DNA of 63,112 nucleotides, filler included, from Perkinsus chesapeaki ATCC PRA-425 (GCA_013115145.1; 7 parts of 7 records of this genome joined end to end with filler, not necessarily neighbours in it); one strand, 5' to 3'. Positions 12,701-26,040 are shown, counted from the whole stretch's first letter. Numbers and translations: made by a program. The notes: generated from the letters alone by a model not told the origin.

Positions 12701-13456
12701 ACTTGTGAATAAGAGGAGGGGACACTCCTAGCTATTGCAACTATACTTGTGAATAAGAGGAGGGGACACTCCTAGCTATTGCAACTATACTTGTGAATAA
12801 GAGGAGGGGACACTCCTAGCTATTGCAACTATACTTGTGAATAAGAGGAGGGGACACTCCTAGCCATTGCAACTATACTTGTGCCTTGTTCATATTCGAC
12901 CCCTACCCTTAGAAACCCAATGTATCCCAAATACTCCAATGCTACTGTGTCTCTGTTCAGTGGTGCTTAGTGAGCCGGCAGCCGCGGGGCATGAAAAGGC
13001 GCGCAGAGGCTCGAAAACGCAAATAGTTTTTTGGGTGTTCGGATTCGGCAACTTGGATCCCATGATGATACGAGACATTTCTAAGGTATATAGCGGATGA
13101 ATTAAGCGAAAACTCTAAGTTATACTTGAGATATGAATCGAACATTGTCAAGAAGCGCGCCTCGTTGTTGTACGTAGATGACGCGTATGACTGTACGACT
13201 TAGATATTTATTAATATCAAACAGAAGTAATCATATTATTATTGATGATAAAGATGAGAATAGAATATCATTAAATCCATATTGTTATCATAAATTCTCA
13301 CAATTACATAATAATAGAACATGGGCAATACACCATGTAACAGCATCACAAATTAATTGTATGTGGAATATTGATAATAATAATAATAGAGGAAGAAGAA
13401 GATTAATACGGCGGAATGGATATCCAAATCTTTGCCCATGTAATACTATATCTTGA
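9701..13456 (+). CDS. Glycosyltransferase: exostosin/GT47-like N-terminal region, poly-Q linker, GT31 beta-1,3-galactosyltransferase domain; last intron (12006-13203) holds a TIR element
   Basis: GT31 motifs FVGIFS...ELRKAIRNTW, VYKFFIG, DIIELDVKESYRNITLK, FMRVDDDIY, FPLYTRGILYV, PDDVALG, last exon AIHHVTASQINCMW. N-terminal LKALEYHTIPII...FWIPL only loosely matches GT47. Confidence 0.8.
10814..11022 (+). repeat. CAA/CAG/GAA trinucleotide tract encoding poly-Q/E linker
   Basis: About 70 codons of Q/E between the two predicted domains. Confidence 0.95.
12065..13193. mobile_element. Non-autonomous Tc1/mariner-type element, 1129 bp, long TIRs, TA target duplication
   Basis: TA|CAGTCATACGCG...CGCGTATGACTG|TA. 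TIRs 12065-12252 and 12986-13193 differ by 2 substitutions and one 20-bp indel. No transposase ORF. Confidence 0.93.
12529..12880. repeat. 8 x 44-bp tandem array inside the TIR element
   Basis: Unit gtgaataagaggaggggacactcctagctattgcaactatactt starts at 12529, 12573, 12617, 12661, 12705, 12749, 12793, 12837. Confidence 0.97.
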
Positions 13457-13643
13457 TAGTCCTTTTATTATTATAAAATAATAATATTATGTATTAGGTG
13501 TTAAGCAGCAACAACAACAAGATAATAATAATAATGATGATGATTGGGATTCAGGTTATGAAAGATATGTCCCATAATTATAATATGATAACTTTAATGT
13601 TGATTATTATTATCATCATGTTTATTAATATTGTAATTGTCGT

Positions 13644-13681
<38 letters not shown>

Positions 13682-13748
13682 GAACCTTATTATTATCATG
13701 TTATCATTATTAGGGTTTATGTTACGTAGTCACTCTCATTATTAGTTT

Positions 13749-14847
13749 ATGGAATTATTAATGGAAACAACAACAACAACAACAATTCAACAACAAACTC
13801 AAACTCATAATAATGAGAATGATGATATATCCTTAAATATTTCACTACTAGGAACTACTGAGAGAAATAGAATATCAACAGTAACAACATCATCATCATC
13901 ATCAGGAGAGGTGAGTAGTAGTAATAATAATAAAGAATATGATAATGCTTATGCTGTGGCTGCTAATGGTAATACTGACGGCGGCGGCGGCGGTGGCGGC
14001 AATGATGATGATGATGCTGCACTAACTAACATACATGAGACATTACTTAAAATATTAGTAATAATAATTATTATATCATATAGCATCATCAGTATTAGTA
14101 ATTACCTATTATTATTTATATTTAGAATATGTGTGATAAAGTTGATAATATTATGGTAGTACAAGACGATAGTAGTAGTAGTAGTAAAAAGGATAAGAAA
14201 AAGAATAAGAAAAGGAAGAAGAATCATAATAATAATTATTATAACGATGATGATGATAGTAATAAAAGTAATAATAGAACAATTTGTGAAATTTTATCTT
14301 TATCTATGGAATATTATTCAGAGGATGGTGATGATGATGATATGAATAAAGGTGGTGATGGTGATGATGAGGATAGTAAGTATAATAATAATGGTGGTGA
14401 TGGTGATGGTTGTTATTTATCCGATTATCTTATAAATATTATTAATCAATTAAATAGGTTAAAAGAAGAAGGCTATGTATTAAAAAATAATAATAAAATA
14501 CCTATTAATGAGTCATCGACATCAACAACAAGAAGCAGAGAAGGTGGTGGTGCTGGAAATGATTTGACAATATCATCATCAAAATATGATAATAATGAGA
14601 AGGACGATGATGCAGCAGATGATATTATGTGTTATGTACCAGAAGATGTTGTGATATCAATATTTAGATGCGCTGAATCAGGAAGTTATGAACAAATAAA
14701 AGAAAGCGTAATATGAATAATATAATTATAAATTATTATTAATATTATTAGATTAATAATCACATTAATGATCTACGTAACTCACGTGATAGGCTCGGTG
14801 ATCAAGAAATGTTAATAAATGAGTTTAAAAAAGAACTATTAAAATAA
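13749..14847 (+). CDS. Hypothetical low-complexity protein, about 3 exons; start uncertain
   Basis: Exons join in frame (ETLLKIL|NMCDKVD...EQIKES|INNHIND...KELLK*); no recognisable domain. Confidence 0.5.
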
Positions 14848-14977
14848 TACAATACAAACAATAATATTTATTAATAATCATAATATTGTGTTATAATCTT
14901 TAATATATATAACAACAACAACAAGACCAGAAAGAAGGGTATGTGAAACGTTTTTATAATTATTTTTAATATCATCA

Positions 14978-16515
14978 TCATGCAATATAGTTAATATTAT
15001 TATTAATAATAGCATCAGTTATTGTCTCAATTAATAATGGTTTATTACCCCGAGGTACTTGTTGTTTAATATTATATCTATTAAAAAATTAATATTTATT
15101 ATTGTATATTATTATTAATACCTTATAATGTTCTTTAATTCATCAACACGTAATTTACTTAATTTAGTGCGCAATGTCGTTATATCATTTCGTAACAATA
15201 ATAATGATGATATTATATTATTATACCATCTTTTATTATTATCATATTCCTTATTTAATGATGATGTATGTGTGTGCGGTGGCGGCGGCCGCGGCAACAA
15301 TGATAATTTAATACCATTATTATTAAGTGGTATATTAATAGTTAATGATTCTTTAGAATAACCAGCTGAATTGAATGATGTTACATATACAATCATTCTA
15401 TCATAATAAAAGAACTTTGAGAATCTATTAATAACAACAACAACAACGTCGTCATCGTCATCCTATTAGTATTACCTTGCATCATCTTCTGATATAACAA
15501 TCCATGGATCACTACTATCAACAACACTTCCGACTGGATACCTCTCATCATTCAACTTATCTGGTAATTGAAGAAATACGTAATATTTATCAATTTTATT
15601 ATTATTATTATCGAGTGGTGGTGATGTCCAATGTATCTATATTAATATATTATAAATTATTACTCATAATAACATTATTACTTCAATTGTCCTTTTACCA
15701 CTTTTACTTTTACATATTTTATATATATCATTATCATACATTGATATTATTGGTGTTGGCGGTCTCTTTACAGTTTTACATTCGAGTAAACTTTCACACT
15801 AACAACAACAACAAATAATAATAATAATAATAACAACAACAACCACCATCGTAATCCAACATGAACTAATAATTATTATTATTATTATTATTACTACCTT
15901 CTTTTTAGCATCATTAACCTTTTGTACTGCATCACTTAATAATGTAATCATATTATTATTATTATCTTTATTATTTTTCCAATTCACTGGTGCTTTATCT
16001 GGGTGTAATATTAATATTAATTTGGCCCATCTCTTTTTAACATCTAATAATAAAAACTACAACAACAATAATAAGATGTAAGTATTAATAATAAAGAGCA
16101 TCATACTACTACTACCTGTGATAGTGATAACATTATTATCATTATTATCTAATCCTAATGTTGCAAATGGGCAATGTGTATTATTTAATGCTTGATGCAC
16201 AATTTTACCAAAATCACAATTAGTATCATAATCATAATAACTTGTACCATCATGTGATGTTGCAGCAGCAGCAGGATCAGGAGCAGCAGTATTATTATAA
16301 ACATTACTTCCTCTACCTTCTTCTTTCTGTTGCTGTTGTTGTTGATTATATAATTTAATTGTTGTCTCAAGCTGATAATAATAATTATTGTTATCACAAA
16401 GCGGTCCCATCAACACCACCACCATTGTTATTACTTCCCTTTTAGCGTGCCTTATCGCATTTATAGCATTCTCATCTTTCACTATTTTTAATAATTTAAT
16501 AAACGATTTACCCAA
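14978..16515 (-). CDS. J-domain (DnaJ) protein with C-terminal SAP domain (3' exons)
   Basis: PFATLGL...DVKKRWAKLILILHPDKAPVNW...LSDAVQKVNDAKK (HPD motif near 16000); C-terminus LSKLRVDELKNIIR|YNIKQQVPRGNKPLLIETITDA (SAP pattern); TGA at 14978. Confidence 0.75.
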
Positions 16516-16576
16516 ATCTGATTATTAAGTTTATTATTAATAATAATAACAAGCCTCAGCTTAATTATTACTTTCA

Positions 16577-16928
16577 ATGCTTGCATCTTGCATCACCATT
16601 TCATTATTATCATTATTCTTACTGCTGCTACACTCCATCATTCCACCACCACCACCATCTCCTTCTCCTCGTCTATTATTATTGTTGTTATTTAATGATT
16701 TCAATGTGAATAATTTCCATGGATTGCTCTTTGCTAATTCTATTATTTTCTTACTATTATTTAATATTAATATCGGTAGATATGGTAGGGTTGTTATATC
16801 ATCAACATCATCATCAACATCATCATTGTTCTTGTCTTCATTCTCACTTTTATTATTATTACATTCCTGATAGTAATAATAATAATATGAATAATTATCA
16901 GGTATTATTATAGTGAGCGTAGTAGTAG

Positions 16929-16962
<34 letters not shown>

Positions 16963-19803
16963 AAAGTTGTTATTACTTTATGTTGTGGTAATGTTAAACT
17001 ATCCCTACTTCTTCTTGTTCTTGGTGTTATTGTTGTTGTTGATATTATTCCTTTTAATAGTTTATTACGATATTTATTATTATTAACTATTGAATTATTA
17101 TAATAATTATTATAATAATTATCATTATTACATTCATTATCATTTTCTATATTATAATCCATTTTACCAGTATATAACCAATATAATCTATTAATGATAA
17201 TAATAATAATAAGTATATTTATATATTATTACTCTTTATTATTCATAGCCCATATTGAGTCAACTATTGATGATATCAATTCTGATTTTTCAATAATATT
17301 ATTATTACTAATACCGATTCGTTGGCATAAATATTTAACCTACTACTAATAATAGTATCCTATTTATTATTATATTAATAATACACATAATACACTACTA
17401 CTCCTATTAATAATACACATAATACACTACTACTCCTATTAATAATACACATAATACACTACTACTCCTATTAATAATNNNNNNNNNNNNNNNNNNNNNN
17501 NNNNNNNNNNNNNNNNNNNNNNNNNNNNNNNNNNNNNNNNNNNNNNNNNNNNNNNNNNNNNNNNNNNNNNNNNNNNATATTCATTATTCTATTATTATTA
17601 TTACTGTGGATATGTTGAGTATTCTTCTACCTTCCATATATAACCATTCTTTATTAATATAACTATAATCATTATCATTATTATCTATCCTCCTCTTTGT
17701 AGTCTTATTATTATTATTATCATGATGATGATTATCGTTTATTGTAACACCTTCAGTATCAACTTTATTCTTCTTAATAATATTATATCCTTCATTATCA
17801 TTATCATCATCTTCTTTTTCATCTTCTCTCATTCTTTTTTTATTATTAGTTATATTATTAATAGATGAAGATATAATATATAGTGCGGTGTTAACATCAT
17901 TTGCCGTTATAATAAAATTATTATTATCATTTAATGTTAATAATGGTGTATTATTACTACTACTCATAACTCCCCCTCCTCCTACTCCAATAAGGAGCTT
18001 ATTTAAAGGATGCACATACTTAGTGTTAAATTGCTCAATTAACATATCATTATTAACATTCATATTATTATCATTATTAACTATATTCTTCATAATATAA
18101 CGTACCTTATAATATTATTAATATTCATTATAATAACTATTATTATTATTACCAATAATACTACTGGACTGATATTTATAGGCTTATTAGGTACCTGCTG
18201 CTGCTCTTTAATATTCCTTATCTTCTTCATCATGTCATCATCATCAGCATTATCATCATCATTTATAACCATAATAATTAAATATTATTATTAACTATTG
18301 AAAAGTGTGTTTAATATTACTACTACCAATAACAAACAATAGTGACATAATAAGAAACAATATTAACTTATGATGTTCCTCTCATTATTATCCTACAGTA
18401 TTATTATTATTATTATTATTGTGTTGTTGTAGTTGTTGAAGGGGTTGTTGCCCATACAGCTGATTTAGGAATATGCTCAGTTACTTTCCAATCAATAACT
18501 TCATCTCTTAGTGTTGCTATATTATCATTTCTATCAACTAAATATCTGATAATAATAATAATAAGGATCAATAGTATCAATTATATTACTACTACTTACT
18601 CAAATGATTCATAATTATCATTAGCGTTACTATTAACATTATATGCTATATCAATACATTTATATAACCAATTACCTGATATATATATACAATAATAATA
18701 TATCATTATTATTAGTACTAATCTTATCCATGGTTTTATAATTATTATTATTTGATAATAATCTTAATAATGTTAATCTTAATATATCTATTTGATAATA
18801 ATCAGTACTATCATAATCATTTGATGATGATGATGAATATGATGACATGATATTGATATCCATACCAATACGATCTATAACATGATCAATCATCCAATCT
18901 AAAAAATAATAAAGGATACACCACAGTCATGTTGTTCTATTACAATATTATTAATATACATATTATTACTTTTTAAACCATCAACTTTAATTAAAGTTCT
19001 CATTGTATTACTATTATATATTGCATATATTCCATATTTATTATTGTTAATAGTATCAGCTAATCTATTACCATGTTTCTCTATTAATGTATATAAATCA
19101 TATGATATATTCCAATTACTATATTCAATATCTTTATTATAATTATCAATATCATTATTTAATTCCTTAATCTTATTTCGTGTTAATCCAATATCCTCCA
19201 TTATATTAATAGATCTTGTATTACCTATTATTACTATTAATATTTATATCCATATATTATTACCACCTTTATTGCCTTCTCTTATTAATATATCATTATT
19301 ATTTAAAGCTCTATCATTTAACTGTGATTCAGCTTCTGTTAATTCATTTATTCTATATGATCTAATAATAATATTTAATAATACAGATTGCAACAACTAA
19401 CACATATTATTATTATAATTATTATTATTACAATTCTCCTTGTATTATTTTAGTCTGTTGTTGAGTTTTAAATGTAAATATACCAACAATAATAGTAATA
19501 ATAAATAATATAATAATCAACTGAATAATAATACAAATATATATAATACTATAATATTATTATTACCTTATTTGATGGTAAATATGAATTATTTTTATTA
19601 TTCGTGTTGTAATTATGATTACTATCTTCATGTTTTAAATCTGCACTATTATTATTAATAGTAGTATTATGAAGTGTATTCACGCTTGATGATGAAGATG
19701 AAGGTAATGATTTCCTAACCATATTATTCAAAAACAATAACAGTAGTAGTAATAATAGAGAGTAAACCCCACATAAACGCGACGCCGCCGTGTCGGCCAA
19801 CAT
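16577..19803 (-). CDS. Upstream coding exons, probably the 5' part of the J/SAP gene or a separate hypothetical gene; structure unresolved
   Basis: Series of minus-strand Asn-rich ORF segments separated by GT-AG micro-introns; candidate ATG at 19803 next to a GC-rich upstream island; N gap at 17479-17576. Confidence 0.45.
17378..17478. repeat. 32-bp minisatellite running into an N gap
   Basis: ctcctatta recurs at 17401, 17433, 17465 (period 32). Confidence 0.9.
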
Positions 19804-20072
19804 CGCCACCGTACGGGCCCAACGTATGTCACTTTCGGGCCCAACGTATGTCATACCAAAAAAGGTGGTTTAGACGAAGAAAAACGCGGGCCTTCGGCCC
19901 GCTATAGTNNNNNNNNNNNNNNNNNNNNNNNNNNNNNNNNNNNNNNNNNNNNTTAATTAATTAANNNNNNNNNNNNNNNNNNNNNNNNNNNNNNNNNNNN
20001 NNNNNNNNTAACTGATGTCACGACGGAGCGAAGTAAAGCACGTTTCGCAACTTTCCCACTTCCATCTCCGAG

Positions 20073-22284
20073 ATGGAACAGCGGCGCTTAAGCGGTGGTA
20101 TTATGTTATCAGGATATGGAAGGAGTATTATTATTGGTATATTATTTGGTATAATAAGTAGTATAATAATATTATTATTATACATATCATATTATATACC
20201 AAATAATGGTATAACTAATAATGGTTATAATAACATACATATTAATATACATTATATGTTTGTTAAGAAAGATGTTACATGTAGTTATATTAGGAATGTT
20301 ATTAAAATAATATATAATAATATAAGTGGACCTAATATATGTTATAACTATTGTAAAAATATATATAATTGTGAAGCATTTATATTTATTAATAATACAT
20401 TATGTGAATTATATGATGGTGAATGTCCGTATCCAATGTCCAAATCATTATCATTAAATAAATATAATTATGGTTATTTATATAGAAGTAATAATTATAT
20501 AATAATAATATATATTATTAATAGGAGTTGATGGACCTAATAGATCTATTAATGGTATTGTATTATACTGTCCATGTAAGCATTGTAAACCATCTAAATG
20601 TTTTAGGTAATAATGAAGATAATGGTCGCTTTATTATTAACATTATTATTTAGTCTACCCGATAGAGATTGTATTATATCATATAATAAACCTTATATTG
20701 ATATTGTATATACATGGGTCAATTATAGTGATATTAGATGGCAGAGTAAATGGGGTCATAATAAGGACGGTAAACGAGGATTGGGTTTAGGTAATAATAT
20801 TATTATTCAAATATTAATGATAATAATAGGATGGCAAAATTGGATAACATCATCATCACTTAAAAATACTTTCCAGGAATTACGTTGGGCAATGAGGGGA
20901 TTACAATATAATGGTAATAATACAATTATATTAGATAGGTAAAGCAAGAGCAGCAATAGGAGCAGCAGCAGCAGGCTTTGGCTACGTACAACAATAACTG
21001 TTAGCGTTGTCATCTTGGCAATAATATCCTCCATCCCTCCTACTGCCAACTCAGCTATGGCGGAGGCGGGGGCATCATTATCCTGCTCCTGCTGCTGTAT
21101 TAATATGTTAATAATAGGTGCTTTAAAACGATATGGAGGTATTATTGATAATATATATATTGTTTATGCCGATGATACTAATGATGAACCTAATTATTTA
21201 TATAATAATAAAACATTAGGTATTAATATGATTGGACATTCTATTATATTAGATAATATAACATATCCTGGTATATTACCATGTAATAATAGGGTTACTA
21301 TTAGATTATCAACTAATAATATACCTAATATAACTAATTGGTATATATTAATGGATGATGATATATTTTTATCATCTAAATTTAATATAAATAAATTATG
21401 GAATAATAAAAATACAATACCATATATTGGTTATATGGATACATCATCATCAACGTCATCATCAACGTCATCATCAACGTCAGTCAGCAATAAAAGGGTA
21501 TGCAACAATAATAAGATGAGTAGATATGATAAATCATTATGTAATGGTGATAAAATAATAAGACAATATTTTGGTATAAATAAAAGTAAAGGTGAAGTGG
21601 ATCATATACCAATATGGGTTAATAAATGCATGTAACAATAATATTAATAAATAAAATAATAATACATATTATTAGATATAATATAGCATCATCAACGGTA
21701 TTTAATGATACATGGTATAATACCATGACACCAGTTATTAATAAAAATAATATACAATGGAATAGTTTTAATAATAATTTATTATATTATCTAGGTTTAC
21801 TTGATTTAAAAGAAGAAGTATCATCCTTAAAGTAGTAATAATAATATAAAGGTATTTATCAGTAATAATATATTATTAGTTTTAAATATGAAATACATTC
21901 TAATATACCTACACTATGTCAACAAGTACGGAAAGGGGATACAACTAATAACATGATATTAAATAATCCAATATTAGTAATAATAAATTAAATGGATAAT
22001 TATTAATAATCGCATAAATAGGCGCAATCAATGTTTAATAATTTACTATATAATAATTATCAATGGTCTAATATACAGGGACCTGGTTATTCCGATGAAT
22101 ATCCTAAATGTGATGAATTTAGGAAAATGGCATTTAATAATTTAATAAAGGTAATAATAAGAATACAATATACAGTAATATTGTTAAATAGGCATTTCCT
22201 AATAAATCTATATTTGAAATTGATGATTTCACCATTAGCATGTACATCGTTATTTATTGCGTTTATTTATCATTGTTATTATAA
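20073..22284 (+). CDS. Stealth-family (hexose-1-phosphate transferase) protein with N-terminal TM anchor and PAN/apple-like domain, multi-exon
   Basis: CR1 PYIDIVYTWVNYSDIRWQ; CR2 ELRWAMRGLQY and NIPNITNWYILMDDDIF; CR3 HIPIWVNKC; CR4 AFPNKSIFE; Cys pattern CYNYCKNIYNCEAFIFINNTLCELY. Confidence 0.85.
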
Positions 22285-22319
22285 TGTCCTCTTAGTAATA
22301 TCTTTTATTAGCAGTAGTA

Positions 22320-23430
22320 ATGCCGGTATCATCAACAACATCTAATAATAATATTATTATTACTGCAGATGAAGCTATAAAGGCTGGTAGTGAATATCAG
22401 AAGGCAGTGTTAAAGGAAGGAAGATCTGATAATAATAAAGTGGTTAGAGATGTTTATGTCGATGCATCTTGGTATTTACCAAATATTAATAGAGATCCTG
22501 ATATGGATTATAAAATGAGAAGGATTGTTGGTAGTGTTAGATTTGATATTGATAAAATACGTGATACATCAAATGATTATGTTAAATCATTACCACATAT
22601 GGTACCAAAACCACAAGTTATGGAAAAATGGTTAAAAGATAATAAAGTAATAATTAGTAGTAATAATAATAGTTATTGTTGTTGTTATTAGATTAACCCA
22701 AATAAAGATAGATTGATAGTATATACCCATCCTGGTAGTTGTGGTGGTCCTAGAGTTTGGTGGTTATTTAATTTATATGGTTTTAATACTGTATATTTAC
22801 AAGGTGGTTTAATAGCATGGGAAGCAGCTGATGGACCTGTTGAATGGGGATGGGATGATAATAATAATAATGTGGAGGACAATAGTAGTAATGATGATGA
22901 TATTGGAAATATGGAGTTAATAGATATTGATAAAGTTAATAAAGCCATGGATGAATATATTGCTACTAAAGATTATATATATAATAATTTAAATAATATA
23001 ACGATATATGATGGTAGATCAAATGATAGGTTTAATGGTATTACACCTGAACCTAGAGAAGGCCTTTTATCGGGGCATATACCAGGGTCCATTAATATAC
23101 CATATACACATTTATTACAACCTAATGATCCAACATCATTTAATATGGATATTATTAATAATATTAATAATGATAATGATGATGTAATTCAAAATATGTT
23201 ATCATCATCATCATCTAATGAAGATAAGATATTTACATGTGGTAGTGGTGTATCTGCCGCAGTATTATTATTGGCTAATAGGATAGCTAATAATAATAAA
23301 TCATTAAAAGGGATTAAATTGTAATAATAATTAAATATTAATAAATATCTATTATTATAGATACGATGGTAGCTGGGCTGAATGGGGTAATCCTAATAGT
23401 AATATGCCAGTTGAAACTAATAATAACTAA
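22320..23430 (+). CDS. MPST: 3-mercaptopyruvate/thiosulfate sulfurtransferase (two-domain rhodanese), 3 exons
   Basis: VDASWYLP, SLPHMVP, RVWWLF, DGRSNDRF, GHIPGSINIPY, active-site TCGSGVSA, YDGSWAEWG. Confidence 0.95.
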
Positions 23431-23496
23431 CGATAACAAATATGTGTTTCTTTAACTTATATTGTGTTTAATACTAGTATACAACATAATGTAATA

Positions 23497-24837
23497 TTAT
23501 TGAGACTTAATTATATCAATAAGAATATCAGGACGATTAGTACCTACAAATTATATATAATAATATTTAATAATAAATATTACATATAACATCAACAATA
23601 CAACTGTCATTTATTATCATATTATTTATAAATGACGTTAATACTTCTTTATTATCATCTCTGTAATGTCCATTTAATGGTATCTGAATACAGTATATAT
23701 ATTGATTACTATATAATATTAATACAGTGGGAAACCATATCATAACCTTCAAACCAGCCTTTTTAGCTATATTAATATCATCTATATTAATACCTATTGA
23801 CATTATTAATACCTATATAATGTTTATTACTACTCTCATAACATAAATTAACACTATCACCATTAATATAATTATAACCATCATCAGTAAACCATGTAAT
23901 AAAATTATCAGGTGTTTGGCATCTTATCTTATTATCTATATTATATAATATATAATATAGATGTTATTATAATATTACTATTATTATCTAATATAGTTTC
24001 ATTATATAATATACCTATTGGTATTAATGGTCTATTATCTCTAACATATTTTAATATATTTTTATTAAATGATGATATTCTTATTATAACATTATTATCG
24101 TTTAATATTGTATATTTATCAATGACCTTTAATATTATGTCAGTTCTATCATTAATTGATAACATCCTGATGAATCTTGAACATTATAATTACCGACATA
24201 TACAATATTACTTATCTTTAATGCTATTATTTAAAGGTGACGATGATGATGATGATGGTGGTGGTGGTGGTGGTTCTTTTATTTCAATATTAATAGCATG
24301 TAATATATTATTATTTATTAATTTATATAATATGTCATCTAATTTAGGTATAGTATGTCCATTACCAATATCAATACATTTAACCTGTTTTATCTATATT
24401 CACCATTAACCATTATAATAATACTTTAATGCTACAGTAGTATTAAAATAGTATTACTACTTCATCCCATCTTTTATATTCAATTCCTCCTCCTCCTCCT
24501 TCTCCGCCACCATCATCATTAAACCACCATTCTGGACCATGGCTAACGACAGCTATACCATCATAAGTAACTACTATTTAATAGTACTAATAATTAAACT
24601 AAGATATAATATTATTATAACAACCTCTAGCATCTAATTCAACGCTTAATGGTATATTAAGGTCATGATCTTTATTAAATATATCACTTATAACATTAAC
24701 CTACTAATACATTATTGTGTTATTAATATATAAGCTATTATTACAGCTTCTATTGTATTCAAATATGGGCTTAAATCACCACATATACGATGAGCTTGTA
24801 CTTCAATAATATGACCACCGACATCATCATTTAACAT
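23497..24837 (-). CDS. Glycerophosphodiester phosphodiesterase (GDPD family), multi-exon
   Basis: EVQAHRICGDLSPYLNTIEA, SVELDAR|VTYDGIAVVSHG, RISSFN, VDVIC|TNRPD. Confidence 0.88.
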
Positions 24838-25074
24838 AATCCCTTTTAAACAAGAGACATATTGAATAATCTCATTAAAACAGTCAATTGCACCTTTTTA
24901 ATTCAATTCATATTTGAAAAATAATAATTTGGACTAGCCGTCGGGCGAACGAAATTGAAGTTAGTGTTCTCGTTATGGAACTTGAATAAGTTGGATCTAA
25001 ATAGGCTATGAAGGAGGGGAAGTATATCGGCGGCGCCGCCGCTTGTTTTAACTTTATTAGTTTTATTGTTGTTA

Positions 25075-26040
25075 ATGACGATAAGGCTGTTATTATTAAG
25101 TATAGTAATAGTATTATCTGTTAATATATCAATTATTGAGGGTAAAGTAGATAATGATATACTAACTTGTGGCAGTGCTATTAAACTTAATTCATTCAAT
25201 GATGATGATCGTCATGATGTAATAATATGTATATAGTATCATTATTATTATCATTAGAATTAGGATTATTATTATATACGTTCGAGTGGTATATCTTGGG
25301 GCTCTGGATCGGGACAACAAATAGTTACAGTAAGAGAAGAGGAAGGAGGAAAAGATAATAGTAATAATCAATATAATTGATAATAATAATGATAATATAG
25401 ATAATAATGAATTATATTGGTTAATAGAAGGTGGTGGTAGTAGTACTGCTGCTGCTCATTGTAAAAGTGGTGATTATATTAAATGTGGTTCAATGATACG
25501 TTTAAAACACATAAACACTGGTAAATATCTACATAGTCATAAGTAATAATAATAATAATCTATATTATCAATATTATTATTAGAGATAAATCTAATCTAT
25601 CTGGTCAACAAGAAGTTACTGGTTATGATGGTATTGATGATGGCGATGATTGGATAATAGTATGTGTAGATGATGGTGTGGATAATAATAATAGTGGATA
25701 TTGGATGATGAATAAACCTATAAAATTAAAACATAATAATACTAGTAATAATATATATATGTATTATATATATTATTGATTATAATTATTAGATAAGTAT
25801 TTAACATCATCATCTAAATATGTGTATCATGAAGGTAATTGCCCAGGATGTCCCATTATTGGTGATAGGGAGATATCATGTGTCGATAATAATAATAATA
25901 AAGATACACAATGGTCAGTAGTAAGAGGTATGATAATAACATCATCAAGAACAGCAGCTTTGATGAATGAAATAGATAATGAAGAAGTTAAAAAGAAAGG
26001 TGAAGGGGATGAAGGGAGTAGAAGTGATGATGAGTTATAA
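25075..26040 (+). CDS. SDF2: Stromal cell-derived factor 2-like ER protein (3 MIR domains), multi-exon
   Basis: Signal peptide, LTCGSAIKL, WGSGSGQQIVT, IKCGSMIRLKHINTGKYLHSH, SGQQEVTGY, C-terminal DDEL retention-like signal. Confidence 0.92.

Noticed and set aside
12529-12880. 44-bp repeats with internal hairpin as a CRISPR array
   Set aside because: Units are head-to-tail with no unique spacers, there are no cas genes, and the array is inside a eukaryotic TIR element.
12890-13151. Short ORFs within the TIR element as a transposase
   Set aside because: All are under 80 aa, lie in the TIR and have no DDE/D or HTH motifs.
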